64,000 nucleotides of DNA, from the NCBI GenBank assembly GCA_030390025.1, contig CM059432.1, forward strand, positions 47,866,001-47,930,000, given 5' to 3'. Shown here in pieces: positions 12,200-24,606 of the stretch (position 1 is its first letter; each line of letters opens with the position of its first letter). The notes under the pieces were generated by a model, which was not told the DNA's origin, made no database searches, and saw only the letters and a list, made by a program, of their open reading frames with translations. Both the position numbers and the translations under genes were made by a program. The DNA is from Squalus acanthias. Lineage: Eukaryota.

Positions 12200-12940
12200 G
12201 GGCCGGATATTCCGATCCCTACGGGTGGGTACGCGCTGTGTACCCACCCGTAGGGACATCGGAAATGCCGGTTTCAGGCATGCACAGTGCATGCGCTGGA
12301 AACCGGCATTTCCAATCTGTCAAGAAAGCACTTGACAAATCCTCTGGCTGCCCGGGAGCAGGGCCTCTGCGGGCGGATAGTTCCGCTTTTTGGAGACCCT
12401 CCGCCTGCAGAAAACCCTTACAATTCTTGCGCCTGGTAAAAGCAGGCATAAGGCCTGCTTTTACCAGGATAAGAGTTGAAAAAAAGTTTATCTGATTTAT
12501 CATTTAAAAATACTTTAAAAGGTAAGTTTATTTTTAGCCCCGTAAAAAACTTTAATTCTTTTTTTCAAAAATTAAAATTTTTGTTTAAAATAGTTAATTT
12601 ATTGTAATTTCAAGTCATTTTAAAAATGTGATTTAAAAAAAAAAATTATTTAAAGTTTTACTATGTTTTGGGGTGATCTCCATTCATATATTTGACAGGT
12701 CTTCCTGTCAAATGTATGAAGGGAGATTCCCTTCTTTGATTGGGTCCCCATGGCCCACGTGATCCCAGGGACGCTGCGAACTATCTGCACCTCTGGGATA
12801 CGTGGGCCCTGCGCACCTACAGTTCGGAGAGGCCCAGCATCGGAATTGTGCGCGTCCCGGGAGCCCTCAGGTAAGGGCGCGGATTTTTCCAGATCGCAGC
12901 CCTCCGCCCGCGGGAGGCCTGCGATCGGAATATCTGGGCC
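12200..12940 (+). mobile_element. Family X non-autonomous Harbinger-type element, copy 2 (741 bp)
   Basis: 18-bp TIR GGGCCGGATATTCCGATC / GATCGGAATATCTGGGCC; CAT TSD at 12197-12199 and 12941-12943. Confidence 0.92.
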
Positions 12941-14109
12941 CATATCTACAACTTACATTGTTAGAAAAATTAACTTGATTTTAGGAGAAATTGAATGTGT
13001 ACTGCAAAAGCAATAGAGTTAATGCAGTGGTATATTTTAGCCACTAATGGGCGTGTTTCTAATACTAGCGCCCATAGAGGTTTGCATTAAAAGAAACAGA
13101 AAACTGAGAAACCATTGAATGCAGTATTTGCTGTGATTTAGTGTTATTCTAAATTTCCCGTTTATAGAAGCAGAAGATATTAACCGACTGCTCACTAATG
13201 CCAATTAAGGACTCAATAGACACTACTAACCCTTTTCCTGCTGGCTGCAATATTTACAGCCATTATAATAATATGACTGTATATAAAAGGTAGGTGGGAC
13301 TAGAGTTTGTATCTCACTGTCTCTGTGAGCTCCTGGAAATTGGGAAATTGTTTTGTTTGCTTAGGCGGTTGAAGAGGAATTTCTCGGATTCTTTTCCTGA
13401 ATTGGCATGAGGTGTTTTTATCTGGTTTTTTTTACCTCTCTCGGGAGGTTACATGGCTATGGGAGGAAACACTGCGAGTCACAATATTTTGTTGCACCAT
13501 GACTGTTTGGGACAGACTCGTTAGACCAGAAGCTCTTTCTTCATCCGTCTTTTCGTATGTATGTCTGTTCCTTCAAAGCTGAGCTAGAGTGGGCTTTCTG
13601 CAGCATACTTAAAGGCGTTACTGCATTTTTTCAACACTTAATTGTGGCAGGAAGCAGGAGAGGAGAACAGGAATGAAGGCTGCATGGGCAGCTCATTAAT
13701 ATCTGTATGAATCACCTCTGATGACAAGTCTACTGGCCAGGACAGGCTATCTGTCACAAAGAAGGTATCTCTCAACCACAGCACTTTTCAGCAGACAACC
13801 GGCTGAACCTGTGATGGGCAATGCCCACCTGTTAGCAGCTGAGATTGGTAACCTTTTCCAGCCCCGCTCCTCTGGAGTCTGAAGAGCAGCTCACGTAATA
13901 TATTGTAGACAGACTTATTTTCATGATAAATGTCTCTTTTTACACAAATTGTAGTAGTCCTGTGAAATGAATAAATCTATCAGTACACTTTAATTTTAAT
14001 GTGTTTGGAGTGCTGGCACTCTGCCTCTCACTGCCCACCTGACAGGGGAGGTTTTTGCTGGAGCAGGGGTTTTAACCTCTCTAAATTTGATTAGTTTATC
14101 AATTACTTC

Positions 14110-14545
14110 CACTATTAGACGGTCTGTAGAATACCCCTATTAACGTGATCAATCCTTTCTTATCCTTTATCTCAATCCATATAGATCCTGCTTCTATCTT
14201 ATTGCTAGTTATGTCCATTTTTTCTACTGCCATTATGTTGTCTCTATGTTAGTACAGCTACCCCACCCCTTTCTTCCTTCCCTAACCTTTCTAAATACGT
14301 TACATCCTGCAATATTTAACGGCCAGTTCTATTCTTTATATAGCCATGTTTCAATTATCCCTACTACATCTGGCTTCTCACTGGGAATGTTGTTTCGGAT
14401 GCTGTGCACACTGCTGTACAGCAACCTAATTTGTTTGTATTAATTGTTCCCTTCACTTTATTTTTAACAGTCATGTTACACTTTTGTTCTATAACTGTAT
14501 TTGTTCCCTGACTGTTTATGTTACCCTTATTCCTTTCCTTGGTCT
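14110..14545 (-). mobile_element. CR1 endonuclease-region fragment
   Basis: Reverse strand encodes WIEIKDKKG..IGVFYRP, similar to 26600-26660. Confidence 0.7.
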
Positions 14546-14914
14546 GACCTTTAGTAATTAACAGTACACAGGAAATGGACACAGGAAAGCACTTAAAGCT
14601 GGTCAGGAACACAGAGATATTTTGGTAAAAGATCAGTCAGGAGCTGGAACCCATATGGTTTGCAGAAAATCCAATTCATTTTTTTTTGTGCAAACCACCA
14701 TGAGGTAAATGAGTGCTGGGGAACGGAACATTTTCTCGCTTTGGAGCCAAACTCAGCATCAATAAATCCAAAGGTCAGATAAATACTGGGTTAGGTGCAG
14801 AATAAAGCTCTCTCTCTGCTGTCTGCCAAGAGCAACACCCCTGGTTTTCCTGAGCTGACATTGCGAAGGGAATCTAGGATTACATTTTTCTACAGTCTCT
14901 GAAGCTCTGAGAAG

Positions 14915-14985
14915 TTGTGTGTGTGTGTGGCGGTGGGGTGGGGTGGGGGGGGGGGGGGGGGTGGTGGAAATGGGGGGGTGGTGGC
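14915..14985 (+). repeat. (GT)n plus poly-G tract
   Basis: Seen directly; G-quadruplex-compatible runs. Confidence 0.85.
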
Positions 14986-15104
14986 AGATGATGATTTGTA
15001 TACAAGTGTTTCCTGTAGATTTTTGTAGATGTCTATCCTGGGGTGTCCAACCTCTGACCCTAGCAATCCGACCCTTGAAGCCCTGGAAAATCAGTTTGCA
15101 TTTC

Positions 15105-15340
15105 ATGAGGGTTGTGAGTCTTTGGAATTCTCTACCCCAGAGAGTTGCGGATGCTCAGTCATTGAGTATATTGAAGACGGAGATTGATAGATTTTTGGAT
15201 ATTAAAGGCATCAAGGGATATGGGGATAATGCGGGAAGGTGGGGTTGAGGTAGAAGATCAGTCATGATCTGATTGAATGGCAGAGCAGGCTTGAAAGGCC
15301 GAGTGGTCTACTCCTGCTCCTATTTCTTATGTTCTTATGA
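15105..15340 (+). mobile_element. CR1 3' end fragment
   Basis: RVVSLWNSLPQR motif and CTCCTGCTCCTATTTCTTATGTTCTTATG tail. Confidence 0.85.
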
Positions 15341-16405
15341 GCCTGGAGGTTTGCACAGGGCTGCACTTGGCACTGTTGCTTCATTAATGGATAAATCTTA
15401 AATTAGAACACCAGTTGCTATCAACAGCTTGAGATTTAAACAAACCACTGGAAATATTGATTTTAAACTTTACACGTGGCCCATGAGGCTCCATGGTACA
15501 CACCCATTGAGCCACCACAAAACAAAAACTTGGACACTCCCGATCTACACACACTGTGGCAGCCTGGCCATATGGGAAATTAGGAGATTTCTCAAGTGCC
15601 CCCATGAATGGTTTGTAGTGTTGTATTATTGCCCCCCCTTTTTCCATGAGAATCTCAAAAGGGAACCAGTCCACCCCTGAATGCACATCTTCAGGCCCAC
15701 TAACTTTGCAGATACTTCGGGGAAAAATTATCTCCCTGAAATCCATACGGCTTTTATATTAGGTGAGAAATAGGTGGGACCAAGGATAGATCCTTGGAGG
15801 ACTCCAGAGGTACTTGGGTGGAGACGAGAAGAGAAGCCAGTGCAGGATATTCTCTGTCTATGACTCGATAGGTAAGAGTGGAATGGATAGGTAAGAACTC
15901 GGCTTAAACTGGCCAACTCTCAAGACTCCCATTTTATATGAGAGAGGTGCACACTGTGGGAAAAATCTTGGCTGAAGATGCAAGAATTGATGTAGGACCT
16001 GATTTTTAATCGATGTAAATGAAGGCCATATGGCTTCATTAATTTGCCGCAAATCACACGTCACAAAAACTGGCAGGTAGCAAATCGTGCATGATTCTTC
16101 TGGTATCCACCTGTCGTCAATGAGACCCTGGACTGCTGGCAGGGTCTAACAAAATAGGCCATTATATTTCAAAAGGAATTTATTTTTGCTCATCTTAATA
16201 GAAACCTATAAATCACCTTTCCTGGTTTGCAATTTAATTCCCAACAGTCAAAATTAAGAGGTTCAAAAAGGAAAAAAAATCTGTGCTAAGGATGAAAAAT
16301 ACTGAATAAAAAGGCAAAGCATAGTGCTTGGAAAATACAAAGATGAAATACAACTTCTCTACAATGCTGTGGTACAAGAGTTCCCATTCTGCGTGCTGTG
16401 ACATT

Positions 16406-17168
16406 GGGCCAGAAATTCGGTTTTCCGGCTTCCTGCAGGTGCAAGCATCGCGCGTGTACTTACCTACCGCGCCTGCCGTTGTGTTTTGGGCCCACGAGAA
16501 CTTCGGGTCCTGGGCCTCCTGCAGCTGCCGGCGCGCAGTGCTTGTGTGTACCAGGGGCGCAGTTAGTTTGAAGCGTCCCCTGGGATCACGTGGGCCATGG
16601 AGAGCCAATCCTAGCAGGGCATTTTCATTCATAGAGTTGACAAGAAGACCTGTCAAATCTATGAATTGAAATCGGCCCCAAAACCACACTTAAACTTCAA
16701 ATAATTTTTTTTTAAAAATCACATTTTTAAAATAACTATAAGTTAATTAAATTAACTACTTTAAACAAAAATTTAAATTTTTGAAAAATTAATTATACTT
16801 TTTAACTGTGCTAAAAATAAACTTACCATTCTTTAAAGTATCTAAAAAAGATAAACCTGTTGAAAAATGTTTTAAATTGTAATTAATTAACCACTTACCT
16901 TGTTAAAAACGGGTCTTGCGCCTCCTTTTTAAAAGCGCAGCTTCTTCAATACTTACCTTCCCGGAGAAACCTGAAAAAAAAACGAAGTTTGCTGCGTGCG
17001 CGCAGCCTCTCCTGCGCACGTGGTTCACCTCTGAACCCCTCCCTTCACGAGACCGGAAGTTCCGGTTTCCCGCACATGCGCAGTGCATGCAGGAAACCGG
17101 CACTTCAAGTGGCCTTACGGGTGAGTACACAGCGCGTACTCACCCGACAAGCGCCGAATTTCTGGGCC
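16406..17168 (-). mobile_element. Family X element, copy 3 (763 bp)
   Basis: TIR GGGCCAGAAATTCGG / CCGAATTTCTGGGCC; flanks ATT/AAT; same hairpin series in reverse order. Confidence 0.9.
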
Positions 17169-18754
17169 AATATGCTTAGCTGATTCACTGAACAGTGATA
17201 GTGTACCACCCGATACAGCACACGTCCACCGTGAACAGATAAGATGACTAATGTTACCACTGAGCATCTTCCAGGGGCTAGGGGCTGTCATAGGAATTAT
17301 GCCAAATCCTTTTATGACTAACGAATGGATTAAAATGGATGTGGATTTGTGTATTAGCACGCATAATGTGCCGGATTAAATTTAATGCATATTAGCTACA
17401 ACTTTGGAACAAATATAGTAAAACAGGTCAAAGATCAATAATCATCAAATTCATTGCCTGGTAATCTCTATTAAGGTCAAAACATAAGCAATAGCTATCT
17501 ATTCCTTCTGAACCCTGCACACAAATGTCATGACAGTAATTCTATCACTTACACAACACAGACAGGTGCCAGAGTTCCTTCCTTGATCAAACCAATGCTG
17601 AGTCCTACCACCTGTTGTTCCTAGTCTGGGCCTACCCGAGTCTTTCAGAACGCATCCTGTAATGTACACAATCTTACACATGCCTTTGGTATTTGGCTGC
17701 TCTCAGTTGAATTCATTTTTAAATCATAGGAACCTAGGACTGGGTGTAGGCCATTCAGCCCCTGGAAAATATGCTAGAATTGGATTTTTTTGGTGAAAAG
17801 GATGCTTGGCCAGGTCTCTGGTTGAGAGAGAAAATGATTTTGGCTGCTTTTTATAATGTTCTTACCAGAAATACATTTGTTTCTCAGATAGTAACGACAC
17901 TGAAACAGATTGATTGTTGGTGATTGTTGGAGACTCCCTGGCTCTTCAGAATGAAAAAGAAAGCAATAACTCTTAAAAGGGCATTCAAGGAAAATTTGCA
18001 ATGGTTATTCTCAGAAGGTTGTTATCAAGTTTTCCCACACAATGTGACAAAGTAATTTGCCTCCCAAAGAGATAATTTGCATCACAAAACATAACCGTTG
18101 CTTGTGCGTGATATTTTGATAAATATAGTGTGGCTCTTCTGAGGTTTTTTTCCCCCGCTCCTCAGAATGGCAACAATTCTCCTTTAAAAAGAATGTTTCA
18201 TTAGGAGCTCATGGTTGGGATTATGGAAATAGTGCTTGTAAAACATTGTGACATTCATTTTGCTTCTAATTCCACAGATCTATAAATAAGCCTTTCAAGA
18301 TCCAGAAATGACCACCTTAGTAAACTTAGCTGTCCAATCTGTACTTAATTTCTTGCAGTTTCCGATTCAACAGACATTGATTAACAGTCTTAGCCATTAT
18401 TTAACTAACTAAATAATTATTAAGCCAATTGAGAGGCATGAAATAGGTATTACTGCAGACAGTCCTAACTAATTAGCATTTATATTCACTGCCCTTCAAA
18501 TAATTTAAAATTGTAAAGATTAATACCCTGGTTTTTAAAAGCAGAAAATATCCATGGTGAACATGAGCAAGGAGAAGGAATGGTTGACTGGGCGTAGGAG
18601 CAATTGAAGAGATGGACTAGCACAAGGGTAATTACAGAAGGCACACATCCTGAAAGTGATGAAAGGGATACTTTCAGGAGCAGATGTCTGGAGTCCAGCA
18701 AGTAAATTACTGAGACATAACCTATTGCTTTTAAATCTATCTTGTTTATCTTAC

Positions 18755-19048
18755 CCCATCTGCCTTCTCAGGTGGACATAAAAGATCCCATGGCACTATT
18801 CGAAGAAGAGCAGGAGAGTTCTCCCCAGTGTCCTGGCCAATATTTATCCCTCAACCAACACCACCAAAACAGTTAGCTGGTCATTTATCTCATTGCTGTT
18901 TGTGGGACCTTGCTGTGTGCAAATTGGCAGCCGCGTTCCCTACAATAACACAGTGACTACACTTCAAAAGTACTTCATTGGCTGTGAAGTGCTTTGGGAC
19001 GTTCTGAGGTCATGAAAGGCACTTTATAAATGTAAGTCTGTCTTTCTT
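18755..19048 (+). mobile_element. DeuSINE-like 3' two-thirds
   Basis: AAAGATCCCATGGCACTATT...GTGTCCTGGCCAA core plus L2-type tail. Confidence 0.85.
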
Positions 19049-19293
19049 ACTGACTTTTATGTTATATTAATAACTGTGACTCAAATAAAAGAAGTATCCA
19101 TTTTACAGCTTGTAAGAATTAAAAAAAATTGTAAAGATAGAAATGTATTTCTTTGTAGGCCCCATAATAGAGCAAATTCTTTCACAGTGTTCAGTTTTCA
19201 CAAATTGTAAACAATGTCAGCCTTGATTTAATGGTAGCACTCTTGCCTCTCAGTCAGAAAGTTGTGAATTCGAAATCTACTTCAAAGATATGA

Positions 19294-20027
19294 GGACAAG
19301 ACTTTGCTGAACGACGCACGCCATTATTAATGCACAGATTGGCCAGAAGCTTGTAGCGAGGAAGAGATATCCTGTGAATTGGTAATCGCCACAAGTTGCC
19401 GGCTGATTTGCGCCGTGCCGACGTTAGCTTCCCAAAAATGGCATCTCCTGCTTAACCTCCCCGTGATTTTCATGAAGTTTCTACGTTGGCACATTAATTG
19501 CCCATTAAACTCGTCACAAAAAGTTACGTCTAGTAATTAACAAGGTAAGCACCCTTTTAACAACTTGATAATTGTTAATGACTGACAATCAACCTTTCTT
19601 GCCCAGAAAGTGAACAATTATAAGTGTGGAGTCTCATTCCTTCAGGTTGTGAACTTTTTTAGAAGATTTAAAAAATGTAAATACTTTTTAAAATTCTTAC
19701 TTTTCCTTTCTGTCTCTTGTTTCTCTCTCTCTTAATCCAATCTTTATTTCCTTCTCTTTATTTCTCTTTCTGTACCTGATTTTACATTGAATTCATCCAC
19801 GTTTATTCATTCTCCTTTTTCAATCCTTAAATCTCATTGGTTAAGGAGATACACGGTTTGTCCCATTGTTCTCCAAGATCCCAGATGCCCTGTTGCCCTT
19901 GCTGCGCTGTTATCAGCTCGCACTTCCAGCAACTTTGTGGGCAAAAATGTTAAAACCTAAATGTGCACAAACAAGTCTAGCTAAAGGGGCCCACCGTGAG
20001 ATGCCCTGCTCCAGCAAACTCTGGTCC
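19294..20027. mobile_element. Non-autonomous Harbinger-like element, family Y (734 bp), inserted in a DeuSINE (~19225-20120)
   Basis: 16-bp TIR GGACAAGACTTTGCTG / CAGCAAACTCTGGTCC. SINE head lies to the left and SINE core to the right. Shares GAGTCTCATTCCTTCAG and other blocks with 34470-35800. Confidence 0.8.
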
Positions 20028-20164
20028 GTTATGTTAAACTGAGACCTCGTCTGGCCTCTCCGATGAATATAAAATATCCCATAGGACTATTTGTAGAAGA
20101 GTTCTCTTGGTGTCTTAGTGAAAGTGCCTTAAAGCAGCATTGTCTTCACAAAATAAATGTTTGA

Positions 20165-20686
20165 TAAATTCTTATCTAACTAATCATAGCCAGAGAATCA
20201 CCTACAATGGCTTCTTTTCCCGCTCCCGCACCGTTACCTCATGTATGCTGATGGCACCGAGCTATACCTCACCACTACCTATCTCGAACCCTCCACTGTC
20301 TCTAAATTGTCAGACTGCTTGTCCCACATCCAGTATTGGATGAGCAGAAATTTCATCCAACTAAATATTGGGAAGACCGAAGCCATTGTTTTCGGTCCCC
20401 GCCACAAACTCCGTTCCCTAGCCACCGACTCCATCCCGCTCCTGGCAACTGTCTGAGGCTGAACCAGACTGTTTGCAACTTAGTGTCATATTTGACCCCG
20501 AGACGAAATTCTGACCACATATCTGTACCATCACTAAGACCACCTATTTCCATCTCAGTAGCATCCTCGACTCCGCCCCTCCCTCAGCTCATCTGCTGCT
20601 GAAACCCTCATCCATGCCTTTGCTATCTCTAGACCTCTAGACTTGACTATTCCAATGCACTCCTGGCCGGCCTCCCACATTCTACC
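20165..20686 (+). mobile_element. L2 LINE fragment, left part (split by CR1)
   Basis: MYADGTELY and WMSRNFIQLNIGKTE motifs; continues at ~29853, colinear with the unsplit L2 at 42520-43260. Confidence 0.9.
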
Positions 20687-21313
20687 GCAGAGGCAGCGGA
20701 CCTGAGCGGGAGCGAGAGCGGAGGCTGAACAAATAAAGAGCGCGGCAGAGCAAGGCCCGAGAGCAGAGGTAGCGGACCTGAGCGGGACCTGTGAAAGAAA
20801 AAAATATCAAAGTGGGACATCACAGGAAAGCAGCGAAAGAACAACAAAAAACAAGGAGTGACGTCACAGGAAAGCAGGGAAGTGATTGGTTGGTCAGTAT
20901 TTCTCTCTTTTTCTTGGGCATTGGTTTAAATTAAGAGCCGGGATTAAAAACTAAGGGGGAAAAATTAGGTCGCGCCCCGTTTGGGGCGCAAATATCGTCT
21001 GGACGCAAATATTAGCGCCTGGCGCTAATTATCGCCACTGACTGGAAACTTCACTTTTACCGCCCCGGGAGGTGAGTGGAGCGCTAAATCAGGCGCTGCA
21101 CACCTGTCTTAAGGCGCAAAGGCCGAGCCGTGAGGCGCTAACTCAGCGCGCGAGCGCAGCGCAGCTGCTGCCAGTTAGCGAGGGAACACAGACACACTGG
21201 CGCCGGCCAGTTCTTAAAGCGGGGAGGGCCAACTTGCTCCCCAGCCACACCCTGCTCATTGCAGCCTTGAATCTCGGCCTGGAGAGACCTGTGAATCCAT
21301 TTTGCTGCCAAGG

Positions 21314-23133
21314 ATGGAGAGGGTGAGAGAACGAGCTCATCGCTTCACCGAGCGGGCCTTGGATGCTCTGGTTGGCGCGGTGGAGCGCAGAAGATGTATA
21401 CTCTTCCCTGAGAGTGGCAGGAGGCCTTTGCCACGCGAGTACAGAAGAGTGTGGAGGGAGGTGGCTCAGAGCGTCTCCTCCAGGAGCATGGTGCCCAGGA
21501 CCCATGTTCAATGCCGCAAAAAGTTCAACGACCTCACTCGGGTCGTCAGGGTGAGTGGCTTTTTCTCAATACCTCTCCATCCCTCCATCTCAACCTCACT
21601 CTATGGCCAGAGGGTCTTAAAACCACAATGCACAACACTCATCCAACACCTATGGCCCTTTCATGAAACACACACACACATTCCACACTTTGCATACAGT
21701 AAGGGCTATTCACCTCTGGGAGGCACATCAGGCAAGACCATGGCTGCATACAGTAAGGGCTATTCACCTATGGGAGGCACATCAGGCAAGACCATGGCTG
21801 TATATTTACTCAGATGCTGTCCTTTTTCTTGCAGGCCAAGCTGGCGCATAATCGGAGACAGCAGCAACGGACAGGTGGAGGGCGGCCTCAGCTGCAACCC
21901 CTCAGCGATCTTGAGGAGCGCGTCCACAGGATTGTGGCAAGCCGGGTGATCGGTCCCGTCACCACTGGAGACGCCGACCCCGTTCTGGACAGCAATGGTA
22001 AGGTCATCACCTTTTTGTCCTCTGTCCTTCCACTTGTCCCTCACAACACCAGCCTTTGACACTTTCAATCCAACTTGCTAACTCGCTGCACTTATTCCTC
22101 CCTTACTGCCACCCTGTCCTCACGCTAAAGCCACTCTTGTACCTCCCTGCTTTCAGATGGTGATTCACCAGCTGAGGAGACGGGCCCTGAAGCTGCCACT
22201 GGGAGTGAAGCTGCAGCCGAGGAGGAAGAGGAAGCCGGAGCATCAGTGCCACCCTCTCCCGAGGAAGCCCATGCCCACACTGGGAACACGCCTTCCCTGG
22301 AGGGGAGCAGGGGAGAAGGGTCTGATGAGGGTGAAGCTCCAGGACCCAGCAGGCTGCAGCAACGCCATGGGGGTAGGGAAGAACGGGGGCCTTCTCCCCA
22401 GAGGGAGAGTATGCCAGAGACTCATACTGCAATGGACGCAGAGGAGGAGCGGCTGATCGCAGAAATGAACACCCAGGCGGTGGGCATGCACACTGAGCTC
22501 ATGGGTGCAGTGGGAAGGGTGCCCGAATGCATTGAGTCACTGGCAAGGAGTGTGGAGCACTTCGCTGTAGCACAGGCGGATGCCACACTAACGCTTAGTG
22601 CTGCAATTCAGTCACTGGCTGCCGTGATCCCATCTCTGACTGCTCTCATGCAGACTCAGATTGAGGCCACGCGAGCACAGACTGCTGCCAACCTCGATGG
22701 TTTGTTCACATGTCCCCGGGGCTCTCACCGCGCCGCAGCAGGCCAGCAATCTGTTCTCCAGCAGATTGCTCCGGATGCTGAAGTGCTGCCCCGTGGGAGT
22801 GCCAGTGTGTTGGGCGAGCAGGGAGTTGCTGTCCTCTCTCACGATGACAGCATTCCTGCTGCCAACACTGTCACTTCTCCACTGCACTTGCCACCGCCTG
22901 TAGGACAGACTGCTGCCGCCCATGCAGAGTTGGTGCAGTCTGCAGCCGGGCCCTCCAGGCTCAGAACTGGGCGAGGCCGTCCTTCAGGGGCATCTGCACT
23001 GTCAGGGTCTGACGATCAGCAGCCTTCCACCAGCCTTGCTGCAGCCACTGAGGTCCCATTACGGAGGAGCAGTAGGGTTAGAAGGGGGGAAGTGCGCAAG
23101 GGAAGGAGATCACCCTCGAAGGGCAAAAAGTAG
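21314..23133 (+). CDS. Harbinger Myb/SANT-like DNA-binding protein, 3 exons (21314-21550, 21835-21997, 22157-23133), 458 aa
   Basis: RFTERALDAL...WREVAQSV...QCRKKFNDL trihelix motif and RTGGG motif. Canonical GT-AG introns (phase 0 and 1) join into one 1377-nt ORF ending in a basic NLS-like tail. Confidence 0.9.
21691..21800 (+). repeat. 54-bp tandem duplication in Myb intron 1
   Basis: TGCATACAGTAAGGGCTATTCACC...GACCATGGC occurs twice with one mismatch. Confidence 0.95.
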
Positions 23134-23445
23134 GAGGTGTGACAAAATGCTGGTCATTTTTTTATTAAAGGCCGAGGTTCGTGGTCCAACTTTTGTTTAG
23201 TGTTTTGGACATTATCTCCAGGTTGTGAGAACCAGTTATGTTATTGACTGTTTTTTTGTGTTTATTTCTATGAGTTTGTCATGAGGAAATGACACACACA
23301 GAGTTTGTAAAATAAATAAGTTTTTGTATTCAAAATATACATGTTTGGCGTTTGGAATTATTGGTGCCTTGGCCGGCTTAGGGGTTGCGTGCTGGGTTCA
23401 TTGATGTTGTTAGCAATGGCAGAAGCCATTTCCACAGCAGGGGCC

Positions 23446-24606
23446 CTAGAAGCGGCTTGCTATTAGCTGTTGACGGACGGCCCTTGCAGTTTCACCATTG
23501 TGGGCCGCCCTCCCGCCTTGGTGCTGCTGATGATCATCCTCCTCGTCCTCTTCCTCCTCTTCCTCCTCCTCCTCTGGTGGTGCTCCAAGGCCTGGTGGCA
23601 TTGGCTGGGTCCTGACGATTGCCATGTTATGCAACATGCAGCACACAACTACGAAGTTGGATACTCGTTCAGGCGAGTACTGCAGGGCTCCTCCAGAATG
23701 GTCGAGACAGCGGAACCGTTGCTTCAGCACGCCGATTGTGCGCTCAATGATGTTCCTGGTAGCTTGATGGCTCTCATTGTACCGCAGCTCAGCAGGGGTG
23801 TTGGGCGTACGGAGCGGTGTCATCAGCCAGGTGCTCAATGGATACCCCTTGTCCCCGAGAAGCCAACCAACTGGCTGATGCGGTGCCTCGAAAAGTTCTG
23901 CCACAGTAGTCTGGCGCAGGATAAAAGCATCGTGGCAGCTGCCAGGATAGTGGGCATTGACAGCGAGTATCAGCTGTCTGTGGTCACAGACCAACTGAAC
24001 ATTCAAGGAATGGAACCCCTTTCTGTTCCGGAATTCCTCGACATTCTCATGTGGAGCACGCAAAGCCACATGCGTGCAGTCAATGGCGCCCTGCACCATG
24101 GGGAAGCCCGCTATCCTCGCAAAGCCCAGAGCGCAGTCACGCTGCTTGTCTGGGGTCATGGGGAAAGAGATGAACTCTCGTCTCCTTTTAAAGAGGGCAT
24201 TTGTGACCTGCTGGATGCAGCAATGCACCGCGAACTGGGAGATATTGGCGAGGTCCCCAGCAGCAGCTTGAAATGAGCCAGTAGCATAGAAGTTGAGAGC
24301 CACTGTGACCTTCACTGCCACCGACAGAGACGTCCTGGACCTCAGTTGAGGCTGCAGATCTGGCTGCAGCAGGTGGCAGAGCTCAGTGACCACCTCCTTG
24401 CTGAATCGCAGCCTTCGCAAACACAGCTCCTCAGACATATGAATGTAGGAGAGCTGTTCACGATATACCCTGGGAGGGTAAGCTCTCCTGTACATACGCC
24501 TGTTGGCCCTCCTCCGTCTGGCCATCATTGCCACTCTCTCTCTGCGTCTCTGTGTCCTCCGATTCAGCTGGAGCAGGACGACGCCCCCAATCAGTGCAGC
24601 CCCCAT
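23446..24606 (-). CDS. Harbinger (HARBI1-like) DDE transposase, 386 aa, intronless
   Basis: GAIDCTHV, NRKGFHSLNVQ, LGDKGY and IERTIGVLKQRF motifs with the catalytic D/D/E intact; acidic tail. First ATG at 24606 (the ORF track begins at an upstream TTG). Confidence 0.96.
   Translation of the reverse strand: MGAALIGGVVLLQLNRRTQRRRERVAMMARRRRANRRMYRRAYPPRVYREQLSYIHMSEELCLRRLRFSKEVVTELCHLLQPDLQPQLRSRTSLSVAVKVTVALNFYATGSFQAAAGDLANISQFAVHCCIQQVTNALFKRRREFISFPMTPDKQRDCALGFARIAGFPMVQGAIDCTHVALRAPHENVEEFRNRKGFHSLNVQLVCDHRQLILAVNAHYPGSCHDAFILRQTTVAELFEAPHQPVGWLLGDKGYPLSTWLMTPLRTPNTPAELRYNESHQATRNIIERTIGVLKQRFRCLDHSGGALQYSPERVSNFVVVCCMLHNMAIVRTQPMPPGLGAPPEEEEEEEEEDEEDDHQQHQGGRAAHNGETARAVRQQLIASRF

Noticed and set aside
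21551..21949. Read-through part of the 215-aa ORF containing a repeated peptide
   Set aside because: Mostly intron 1 of the Myb gene; the peptide repeat comes from the 54-bp duplication.
23470..24276. 268-aa plus-strand ORF
   Set aside because: Antisense shadow of the transposase with no recognisable motifs.
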